From Paramicrosporidium saccamoebae KSL3 (taxonomy: Eukaryota; Fungi; Cryptomycota), in assembly GCA_002794465.1 (NCBI GenBank), contig MTSL01000205.1:24229-56228 (forward strand): 32,000 bases of DNA, in the 5' to 3' direction. Shown here piece by piece: positions 1 through 8,435 of the stretch. Positions within the stretch are counted from its first letter, which is position 1. Each line of letters begins with the position of its first letter. The notes under the pieces are model-generated. The model was not told where the DNA came from. It saw only the letters and a list, made by a program, of their open reading frames with translations, and ran no database searches. The translations under genes were made by a program, and so were the position numbers.

Positions 1-2
1 AG

Positions 3-752
3 GTATGGAATAAGGCTTGCGAGGTTGGGCATTTACAAATTCTCAAATGGTTTACTGAAATTGGACTTGGTAGGACATTGAGTCAAGAAGACATTGACGT
101 GGCCACTAAAGGGGGACATGTGGATGTTTTGGAGTGGTGGGCGTCTGTTGATCCCGACATGCTTCCACCAAGCGAAATTGTCTTGCAGAGGAGGATTATG
201 TCCAATAGGAATTTGAAGATGCTTGAATGGCTTTTGAAGAAATTTCCTCAGCAATCTGCTTTTTCACTCAGCTTTGACTGGGAGTGGACTCAAGATACAC
301 TCGATTACGCCATTAGGAATGGGTATGTATATATTTTAAATTGGGCTGCCCACGCCAATCTCAGTGTTATAATACCTCGGCCAACTATAAAGGGACTGAA
401 CAAGGCGTGTAAATCGGGGCGCTGTGCCGATCTCCAATGGTACGCCGCTGTAACTCTTGGCTGGGTATTGTCCCAAGATGAAGTCGATGATGCTGTTACA
501 CGCAATTATGTGGATCTCTTGGAATGTTATAGCAGCTTCAACCCCCAAATGCACAAGCCAAGTGCGACAGCATTGCATCTGGCCTGTAGAATCGGAAACT
601 TGAAAGTTTTTGAATGGTTCTTGAACCGGTATCACCGAGATCCTCTGGATGGATTTAAGCCTGGCTGGACTCTGAATCAGATTGAGATTAGCATTGCTGC
701 TGAACAGGGATGTACACGCGTTTTGGAGTGGAATGCCCTTGACAATTCCTAA
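3..752 (+). CDS. Ankyrin-like repeat protein, 5'-truncated by the window edge
   Basis: The frame of ORF 78..752 is open back to position 3 (VWNKACEVGHLQILKWF...). About 7 repeats of the form x-x-A-x-x-G-H/N-(L/V)-x-(V/I)-L-(E/K)-W, e.g. DVATKGGHVDVLEWW, LHLACRIGNLKVFEWF, SIAAEQGCTRVLEWN. Stop TAA at 750-752. Confidence 0.75.
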   Translation, partial: VWNKACEVGHLQILKWFTEIGLGRTLSQEDIDVATKGGHVDVLEWWASVDPDMLPPSEIVLQRRIMSNRNLKMLEWLLKKFPQQSAFSLSFDWEWTQDTLDYAIRNGYVYILNWAAHANLSVIIPRPTIKGLNKACKSGRCADLQWYAAVTLGWVLSQDEVDDAVTRNYVDLLECYSSFNPQMHKPSATALHLACRIGNLKVFEWFLNRYHRDPLDGFKPGWTLNQIEISIAAEQGCTRVLEWNALDNS

Positions 753-1203
753 ATGCCCCCACTAAGTGCGAATGCACTGTTTCGGTCAGACGATCTCTTT
801 GAGCAATAAAACTCGTACAAAACTGGTGGTTGTGCGCATTAAGAAGAATTGATCTCGACAGTAGAGTTCTCATTTTGAGTTAGCAAACAAGACAATAGTT
901 ACCAATAGCTGCTCAGTCCTCAAGCGGGTAGATGCCAACCACAATCCATCGTGTTCTATGTAAACTGCTTTTTATAAGATTTTATAACACTCATTTCAAC
1001 AAAAAGACCAGTGATCGTGCCGGTATGACCAACACGAATTGTCTCCTGTGGGAAGTTTAATCCAAGGGGAGGAATCACCATGGGTGCACTCGCTTGGCGT
1101 CACTCTGTAGGCTCGTGATTGGATTGTTTTCATTAAATGTCTTTCAACAAACCTCACACCAACCACTGCATATAGCCGCCATGCAATAAAGTTTAATGAT
1201 TGA

Positions 1204-1989
1204 CTACCGCCTTCGACGCTCGTCGCGATCATACCGACGGTCGTCCCGACGCGGAGAAGGCGAGCGTTTCCTAGGAATGTGTTGTCCAGAACGAGAAAGA
1301 GAGTCAAGAACGTCGTTGGCCCGTGGATCCCTGCCAGAGAAGCGCTGGTTGTGCTCCTTTCCGCCAACCCTCGTCTTGCCCAGTCCGCCGCCAAGCCGAC
1401 GGGGACGCCATCCTCGAACGGTACGGCCCCGTTCCACATCGACAACAACCCGCCGTCCGCCATCAAATCGCATGCCATCCGCCTCAATATACGCCGCCTT
1501 CATGTCTTTCTCACGCTCGTACTCTATGAATGCATAACCGCTATTTTTGCCTGTTATGGTGTCAGTCACCAGTCTAATCGTTTTAATCGGTCCGTATCGC
1601 TCAAATTCCCGTCGCAACTTGGACTCGGCGACGTCGTAGGGAAGACGACCCACAAAAATTGTCTTGAAGGCATCCTCCGTGGCAGCTTCGTTCTTTGACG
1701 GGTCCCAAGTCAATAGAGCACTATCAACAGCCTCTCGGTGGGCCCGTCTCTTTTCCGCAGTCAATGTCTTTCTACTAGGACGTTCCTCAACAAGCTCGTC
1801 TGTCTTGACAGTGTCTCCAGTCAGTAGAGTGAGATAGTGGGAGGTGGGATTCACTTGGACATATGTGCGTTCGTTCTTGTCCCGGTCAATGGGTGGCAGA
1901 TAGTCTGGAGTTGGACGAGGAACAAAAAGCTTATTGAGAGGCGGCTGGAGGAGCGGGGAGATGAATTCACGAGCCTCCCGACGAGACAT
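1204..1989 (-). CDS. SNRNP70: U1 snRNP 70 kDa protein
   Basis: N-terminal PPLNKLFVPRP motif, WDPSKNEAATEDAFKTIFVGRL, RRM with RNP1 SGYAFIEYERE, VVVDVERGRTVRGWRPRRLGGGLG signature and an RD/RS-rich tail. 261 aa, no intron needed. Confidence 0.95.
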   Translation of the reverse strand: MSRREAREFISPLLQPPLNKLFVPRPTPDYLPPIDRDKNERTYVQVNPTSHYLTLLTGDTVKTDELVEERPSRKTLTAEKRRAHREAVDSALLTWDPSKNEAATEDAFKTIFVGRLPYDVAESKLRREFERYGPIKTIRLVTDTITGKNSGYAFIEYEREKDMKAAYIEADGMRFDGGRRVVVDVERGRTVRGWRPRRLGGGLGKTRVGGKEHNQRFSGRDPRANDVLDSLSRSGQHIPRKRSPSPRRDDRRYDRDERRRR

Positions 1990-2221
1990 GACGATGGAAC
2001 CCTGGAGTGTGCTTTATTTGTAAAGTACTGGAATGTTTAGCTGGGTGCTAAGCGCTGGATGCTGAGCACTTTCCCAATGTTTAAAAATGCTGACTCTCCA
2101 ACGTGTGAGCACTATGTCGGCGAGCCCATACCATTTGATAAGAAGCAGCATCCTGTCGCCCATTTATATTGACGCCATAGTAATACTCTCACTATGCAGT
2201 ATATTGATTAAGGAATTGACC

Positions 2222-2452
2222 TGTCGCGTAGTGGGGATAAATAGTATGGACTGTCAGGCGGGAAAGGGGGGTTTGTTCACTGCTAATCCTAGAATAATAT
2301 GGATACACATCTCACTGTCCTCAAATACTCAGCAAAGCGATCCACTCTAGCACACAAATACCCGCCTAACCAACCCTCTGCCTCTACGTCAAATACCCGA
2401 CTAATCAATCCTCTGCCTTTGCCTTTGCCTCTGCTTCTACCTCTACGTCACA
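2222..2452 (+). repeat. Dispersed repeat family, copy A
   Basis: Begins TGTCGCGTAGTGGGGATAA. Core 2274-2335 matches the reverse complement of 4398-4459 at 57/62 nt and 15707-15768 at 51/62 nt (manual count). The 3' part has internally duplicated AAATACCCG..CTAA..CAA.CCTCTGCCTCTACGTC units. Confidence 0.9.
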
Positions 2453-2468
2453 GATCCTTGATATTATT

Positions 2469-3891
2469 CTAGTTCTTTAAAGCCTCGGCGAACAGAGTGG
2501 CAGCTGCATGGACATCCGAAAATGTGCTGTAGAGCCCGGTTGGTGCCATCCGTATCAGGTCGGGCTTGCGCTCATCAACCATTAGACCTTTGGAGTGGCA
2601 CCTTTCGGCTACCTCATCCGCAGGCATACCGTTGAGGATTTTAACAGAGAGTTGTGCGCCACAAGCACTCAAGTCGGAGGGTGTGACGAGTCGTATGGAT
2701 GGATGGGCACCGGATGCTAGTGGAGCCAGAAGGTATCGGAGATATACGTGAAGCATAGAGGACCGTTGCCGGATTTCGAGGAGCGACGTCTTGGAAAAGA
2801 TGCGGAGACTTGCCAGTAGGACTGTCATTGACAGCACATCGGGATTGGATAGTTGGTATCCCTTAGCCCCCGGGAAAGCATCCAATACTAGAGATAAGCG
2901 CCCTCATAGATTGCTACTGTTGCTCATCTGAAAGCGGGTGGATACCTTGTGTCCCCACCATCCACGCAGAATGGTCAGATTGTCATTCTCATCGTGTTTG
3001 TTATGGACAAAGAGGCCGGCAATTGCACCTGGACCCGAGTTGAGATACTTGTAGGAGCACCAGGCGGCGAAATCTACCCCCCATTCGTGAAGATGCAGAG
3101 GAACATTTCCAACCGCATGAGCCAAGTCAAATCCAGCATACGCCCCCTAAGCAGTCAACAAGTCATGGCAGTTTTACAATGGAATGGGCCGCCTTAACAA
3201 TAGCTGGAATGTCAAAGAGCTGGCCAGTAAGGAATTGGACCCCGCTGATGAATACGACTGCCACAGAGTCTCCATGTTCTTTGATCAACGACAGAACATC
3301 CTCCATCCTAAGGGTTTCCTCTCCTTGACGAGGTGAAGCGAGGATCATTGAATCCCTTGGATCAAACCCGTGTAACTGGATTTGAGATTCCACCAAATAC
3401 TACATTATTAACAAGCATAGCCCGTGCGGTACATGGTCCGAGGGAAAGGCCCGCGATTCCATAATAATTTTATGTCGCTGGGGAGTGGGACTATAAAAGG
3501 AACACATGAGGAAATGCAGATTGGCCGTCAAACTGGCCATCGCAGCAACCTCACCCGACACGGCGCCTACAATGGGCAACAGTAGGTCGGCACATGCTTC
3601 ATCTACAGTCAGCCATGGTCTCCCGTGTTGATGCTCAAAGTGCCCCACATGTCCATCGCGTCCCCACACATCCAACTCCTCCTGCACCATCCGCGCTGCA
3701 TCCTTGGGCTGCGGACCAAGAGAGTTACCCACCATGTAAATGGATGGTCGGCCGGCCACTAAAGGAATTTGGAATTCACCACGGAGGGAATGGAATTCGG
3801 GAAGAGTATCGAGATATTCAGCAAATTCCAATGATTCGAGAAAAAGTCCCTGCTTCTTAGCAAGTTCCTGGAGACGGGTCAAAAGATGCAT
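2469..3891 (-). CDS. KYNU: Kynureninase (PLP-dependent, kynurenine/NAD de novo pathway), 442 aa, 3 introns
   Basis: Motifs [58 protein letters not shown] (PLP Lys), GWWGH, YQLSNP. Exons 3891-3433, 3399-3178, 3146-2918, 2887-2469. Introns of 33, 31 and 30 nt, all GT-AG; spliced length 1329 nt, in frame. Confidence 0.95.
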
Positions 3892-4033
3892 TTCAGTGGC
3901 AGCGGCGGAGTTAATAATGAATGGACCGTCAACAGGGGATTGGGAAGAATATCACTTGGCGGCAAGACGCATGTTTATTCACGTCCACTATACTTATATT
4001 GGTAAGAAAATCCCTCAATAAATAACATTATTT

Positions 4034-4202
4034 TGTCGCGTAGTGGGTAAATCACTACCGACTTTGTCACTGCTCCTTATTTGTGAATTTGTAGGTCCTT
4101 TAATGATCTCGCAAACAACGCAATAATCCTACAATGGTAAAGATGTAGATCTCGTTATCTTTCATCAATGGTTCCAAGTGTGTCCTCTCCAAACTAAGGA
4201 AC
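4034..4202 (+). repeat. Dispersed repeat family, copy D (more diverged)
   Basis: Starts TGTCGCGTAGTGGGTAA, with the first 14 nt identical to copy A. Contains TTGTCACTGC and AATCCTACAAT..AGATCTC. 4182-4202 GTCCTCTCCAAACTAAGGAAC matches the reverse complement of 4373-4393 at 19/21 nt. Confidence 0.7.
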
Positions 4203-4320
4203 CTGTTGATGGGTAAACCATTTTTATTAAAGCATATGGCTTATTTACAGGTGGCCATTCTTAATATAACCGGACTGGACTGTGGCACCGCTATCTGGAT
4301 CGAACTCGCCAATAATAAGC

Positions 4321-4510
4321 GTGTGACGTAGACGTAGAGGCAGAGGATTGATTAGTCGGGTATTTGAGGATAGTTCCCTAGTTTGGAGAAGACCTAGTTG
4401 CTGGGTATCTGAGGATAGTGAGATCTGTATCCATACTATTCTAGGATTAGCAGTGAACAGGTTCTCTTCTCGCCTAAACTGGGCCGTGGTGTTATCCCCA
4501 CTAAGCGGCA
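4321..4510 (-). repeat. Dispersed repeat family, copy B
   Basis: Reverse complement reads TGCCGCTTAGTGGGGATAA...AGGCG...TGTTCACTGCTAATCCTAGAATAGTATGGATACAGATCTCACTATCCTCAGATACCCAGCAA...AAATACCCGACTAATCAATCCTCTGCCTCTACGTC, colinear with copy A. Confidence 0.9.
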
Positions 4511-4595
4511 AGTGGATGCTGTCTAACGGAACCATTTTCAAAGAACATGGCAATCAATCTTGTACGTCACAAGTCTATTAATTTGTATAATTAAT

Positions 4596-6566
4596 CTATG
4601 CGGCAGGGGCAATGTGACAAACTTCTTCGGGATAGCCAAGGTGATCTTCCAAGAAGGACTGTGTCAGGAGATGTCTTATCCTCTCAGAGGCCGCATGATC
4701 ACCCGCTAGTGATGCCATCTGGTACCATCTGAGAGCTTCTGGGAGATTTACTTCAGTCCCCACACCCATTTCAAAGCATCTGCCTACATTATACTGACCA
4801 GCTGCACTCTCCCCTGTGGCGGCACGCAGATACCATTTGAGTGCGCGGCCAAGGTCGGGATTCTTCGCTCCCTCTCCGTATTCATACATGTGTCCCATGC
4901 GTACTTGGGCCCGTGCGAGTCCCTGTCGGGCAGCCTTGCGGAAGAGGGAGAATGCCTTTTGATGGTCCGACTTGGTGCCGATGGCGTCATAGTAACAATG
5001 GCCGAGATTGTACTGCGCCCAACTGTAGCCCTGTTTCGCAGCCTTGCGGTACCAGCAAAGTGCATCAGACTGACTCTTTGTCACGCCCAATCCCTCCTCA
5101 TAGCAATATCCCAGGCTATTTTGCGCCATGACATTACCATTCTTTGCGCCCTTATGAAACCAGTGGAAGGCTTTGCTATTGTCTTTTTCGCATCCCAGCG
5201 CATGGCGATAGCAGTAGGCGAGGGCAAGCTGGGCAGTGCCATGGCCACCCTTTGCAGCCTTGGAGAACCATTGAAAGGCAGCTTCGGCATTTGCGGGTAC
5301 TCCAAGACCTTTCTGATAGCAATAGCCAAGGGAATGAAAGGCAAAAACACTGCCCTGCTCGACAGCCTTACGATACCAAATGACGGCTTCCCTTTCGTCC
5401 TTCCGCACCCCAATTCCGTTCTGCAAACAATATCCGAAATTGTGCTGAGCACGGGCGTATCCTTGGATTGCTGCCTTGTGGTACCATCGGGCCCCACGGA
5501 CATTGTCCTGCGTCACTCCAATGCCGTTCTGCAGACAAAAACTAAAGTTGCATTGTGCGAGGGGCAGACCTTGGGTGCCTGCCAGGTAATACCATTCTGC
5601 AGCAATCTGCGGATCACAATCCACGCCCAAGCCATCCTCATAGCAATATCCCAAGGCATTTTGAGCGTATGCGTTTCCCTGTTCGGCCGAGCGTCGATAC
5701 CAGGCAACAGCCTCCCTCTCATTCTTTTCCACACCAATTCCTTCCTCGTGACAGTAGCCCAAATTGTAAATGGCCACATTGTCTCCCTGGAAGGCTGCTT
5801 TCCGGTACCACTCCACTGCCTGCTGCTCGTCCTTTTCCACTCCCACTCCCTCCTGATAGCAATACCCAAGAATCCCCTCTGCATTCCGATTTCCCTGTTG
5901 GGCAGCCTTGGTGTACCAATCAAAGGCGCACATTGGTTGTTTCGGCATCCCGAGTCCTTCCTGATAGCAGATCCCGAGACAGTATTGGGCGGCGGGATGA
6001 CCATGTTGATCAGCAGCTTCAACGAGCCATGCGAGTCCGGATGGACCGAGAGTGTCTATTCGTTTATGCCACTTTTCCGCTTCCAAGCGGTTAATCTTGA
6101 TGCCTGGTCGGCCCTGACGTTGCAAGAACGCCAGTCGGCTGATGGCTACACCCTCTCCACAATTCGCCGCACTGTCATAATGTCGTTCCGCTGCACTATA
6201 ATCTACCGGTCCGCCGATCCCAAACTCGAGGCAGAATCCCAAAACTGTTTCACCCAATGCATAACCTTCCATGGCGGCTTCGTGGTACAATTCCTTGGCC
6301 TTGTGGATCTCAGTCTCACCCGGCATATATCCTTTGTGGGAAAAAAAGAGTTGCTGGGCGGCGGTGAACTTGGTTAGTCTCGATCCCCGGCGAACGCTAG
6401 CAAAGTACAACTGTTCGTTAATTGAAGACGATCGTTCGTGAGCAGAGGCACGTTCTACAGCATCATTAGGTACTGCTGATTTTGGGGTCGGGTCGATGCG
6501 ACTGCGTTTGGATGCCGAGGGGCTATCTACTTGATGAAACTCCCCACTCTCAGCCTCCATCGACAT
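4596..6566 (-). CDS. Sel1-like repeat (SLR) protein, about 15 repeats, ~656 aa
   Basis: Tandem 36-aa repeats A(Q)xxLGYCYxxGxGVxKDxxxAxxWYxKAAxQG over most of the ORF. First ATG at 6566 (the track's GTG start at 6578 is unlikely in a eukaryote). No introns. Confidence 0.9.
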   Translation of the reverse strand: MSMEAESGEFHQVDSPSASKRSRIDPTPKSAVPNDAVERASAHERSSSINEQLYFASVRRGSRLTKFTAAQQLFFSHKGYMPGETEIHKAKELYHEAAMEGYALGETVLGFCLEFGIGGPVDYSAAERHYDSAANCGEGVAISRLAFLQRQGRPGIKINRLEAEKWHKRIDTLGPSGLAWLVEAADQHGHPAAQYCLGICYQEGLGMPKQPMCAFDWYTKAAQQGNRNAEGILGYCYQEGVGVEKDEQQAVEWYRKAAFQGDNVAIYNLGYCHEEGIGVEKNEREAVAWYRRSAEQGNAYAQNALGYCYEDGLGVDCDPQIAAEWYYLAGTQGLPLAQCNFSFCLQNGIGVTQDNVRGARWYHKAAIQGYARAQHNFGYCLQNGIGVRKDEREAVIWYRKAVEQGSVFAFHSLGYCYQKGLGVPANAEAAFQWFSKAAKGGHGTAQLALAYCYRHALGCEKDNSKAFHWFHKGAKNGNVMAQNSLGYCYEEGLGVTKSQSDALCWYRKAAKQGYSWAQYNLGHCYYDAIGTKSDHQKAFSLFRKAARQGLARAQVRMGHMYEYGEGAKNPDLGRALKWYLRAATGESAAGQYNVGRCFEMGVGTEVNLPEALRWYQMASLAGDHAASERIRHLLTQSFLEDHLGYPEEVCHIAPAA

Positions 6567-6910
6567 GTACCTGCGCACTCTAACGACGGCGCCCTTCTAT
6601 TTACGGCCAATGGCCAATAAAATCTAATCTCCAAAGTATCAATTCCCATTGGTGGGATCAATTATTTTGTCCCAAAAAGTGGCCCATCAGTAGGATAGTT
6701 TTAAAATCAGTGCTGCTCTGACATGAAGGTTGGCATGAGATGGTTTCAAGATTTTGGGAGCAAGGTGCGTATTACTTATGTAGGTGGCTACCCGCAATGC
6801 ATCTATGGGGTCACTGATAGATAGCACAGGTCGTTTTGCATCAGAATCAAATTTAGTTCTGGTTTGGTGTTAATGTTGGTCAGCTAATGGGACTAAATCC
6901 AGTCCCGATA

Positions 6911-7032
6911 CAGCTCAGTTACTGTCTAGTTACAATCCCGTTAATGCCATCTACTTACGATCCAGCTACCGCTATCTAGTTACTGCTAATTACACAATCC
7001 GGCTACCGCTATCGAGTTATTGCTCAATTACA
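6911..7032 (+). repeat. Degenerate tandem duplication, period ~37 nt
   Basis: 6960-6994 ATCCAGCTACCGCTATCTAGTTACTGCTAATTACA versus 6997-7032 ATCCGGCTACCGCTATCGAGTTATTGCTCAATTACA (3 substitutions, 1 indel). Partial unit at 6911-6938. Confidence 0.75.
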
Positions 7033-7081
7033 AATGCTGCTAATCTAAATTGTCGCGCATGTTTGGTCTAAAATTAGTGTA

Positions 7082-8425
7082 TTAATGATGCCGGATCCGA
7101 TGCTGAAAAGGGCCCAGGATATAGCCAAACCTCCTTAGCCAGTCTAGTTCACCTTGCACTGTTTCATCGACGCGGGTTTCTGAATTTTCTTCCCTCATCT
7201 GTTTCTTGATTTCATCAAAGTTGGGGATCATCTGGTATAAAATAAATCCTCCTAATGCAACAATGATCAGACCAATGATAGAAACAGCGTAGATGGGAAG
7301 AAAGACGACGGTCCAGCCAATGTCTCTGCTGTCCAATTTCAGATTCAAGATACCAACAAAGATTAGAATCAAACACACACCAACCGAGTATGGAATGTAC
7401 TTTAGATACAAAATGGCAGCTGGAGGCGCTACAGTTTCATCATATGTCGCGGCATGCCGTTGTAGCGCTGCACAATCAATACGATAATCGATCACTAGAG
7501 ATGCCGGTACTATCACGTAAAGTGGTGAGAATACGACTGCCCAAGGGATACCAGGAGCGCTCCCATTCTTTAAGCACAGCAAAACAACAAAACCAAGCCG
7601 GGCCACGATAGACCGAAAACTCGTAAATAAGTACAGGCCACGATGTTGAAATGTCTCGTCCTCGCCAGCATTATTTCGGGACTGATTCTCCCAATCCGTC
7701 AGCAGATATGCAGCAGTGATAGTCTTCCAAAGAAGGTTCAATCCCTCAATCACTAAAATTGGCAGCAGAATCACAAGCCACGACCACCCAATAAAAGCAT
7801 CAAGACGCAGTGAAATGAACAGTTTTTGAGTAATCAGAATTCCAAAGAAAAGGGCGAGCAATATAATTGCGGTTATAAATGCCCTACGATTTAGCTCTTC
7901 TGGCTTTGAGCCATCCTCTTCATCCAAGGATACATTCTCCTCGTCGCTTTGCTGCAGCCCGATTGCTTTCCAGCTCAGGAAGAGTAACAGTCCTCCCACC
8001 CCAACACAAGTTATATCAAATATCCACAACGGTGCAAAAACAATGCTCCAAATCCAGCTTAGCCGTCCAGAGACCTTTAACGCAACCAGAATTGGGAAAC
8101 AGAGCACCAGTAGCAAGACCCCAACCACCGCTCCAAACAGCAACTTTAGTCTCGTTGTGTTAAGCAAGAATTCTACCAAAGAAGGGCTCTTTACATTTGA
8201 CAGCACTGTCAGTCCGAGGTCGCCGTACTGGTCGTAAATCCGCCTCGAGGCCGCATCAGACAGCGCAGCGTAGGCCTTTCCTACCTCTTGGAATTCTGCT
8301 TCGTGGCCGGGATTCTTGTCTGGGTGATATTGGAGCGCCAGGCGACGGTATGCACGTTTCAAGTCGTCGGGAGTCGCCGTCGGGGGAACACCCAGGATAT
8401 CATAGAGTCGGTGCTCTGGAACCAT
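7082..8425 (-). CDS. J-domain (DnaJ type III) protein fused to a TMEM185/FAM11-like multi-pass membrane domain, 447 aa
   Basis: [13 protein letters not shown]...[19 protein letters not shown]...RRIYDQYG is a J-domain with an intact HPD. It is followed by repeated W-x-W-x-x-V-F-x-P-L/I segments ([46 protein letters not shown]). ATG at 8425; the upstream ORF extension is antisense shadow of the AAA gene. Confidence 0.85.
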   Translation of the reverse strand: MVPEHRLYDILGVPPTATPDDLKRAYRRLALQYHPDKNPGHEAEFQEVGKAYAALSDAASRRIYDQYGDLGLTVLSNVKSPSLVEFLLNTTRLKLLFGAVVGVLLLVLCFPILVALKVSGRLSWIWSIVFAPLWIFDITCVGVGGLLLFLSWKAIGLQQSDEENVSLDEEDGSKPEELNRRAFITAIILLALFFGILITQKLFISLRLDAFIGWSWLVILLPILVIEGLNLLWKTITAAYLLTDWENQSRNNAGEDETFQHRGLYLFTSFRSIVARLGFVVLLCLKNGSAPGIPWAVVFSPLYVIVPASLVIDYRIDCAALQRHAATYDETVAPPAAILYLKYIPYSVGVCLILIFVGILNLKLDSRDIGWTVVFLPIYAVSIIGLIIVALGGFILYQMIPNFDEIKKQMREENSETRVDETVQGELDWLRRFGYILGPFQHRIRHH

Positions 8426-8435
8426 ACCCCTACCG

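Noticed and set aside
753-1203. Possible hidden gene or ncRNA in the longer gaps (also 10021-10291 and 17119-17393)
   Set aside because: I found no spliceable frame with recognisable motifs, no snRNA/snoRNA box pattern and no copy of the dispersed repeat. An Infernal/Rfam search would be decisive.
2087-2350. ORFs 2087..2350(+) and 4245..4553(-) sharing the peptide LFTANPRI.WI.ISLSS.TQQ
   Set aside because: The similarity comes from the nucleotide repeat. The frames diverge outside the core, and copy C carries the same DNA core with no comparable listed ORF, so it is treated as non-coding.
4890-6377. 495-aa plus-strand ORF
   Set aside because: Antisense shadow of the repetitive Sel1 CDS; no recognisable motifs.
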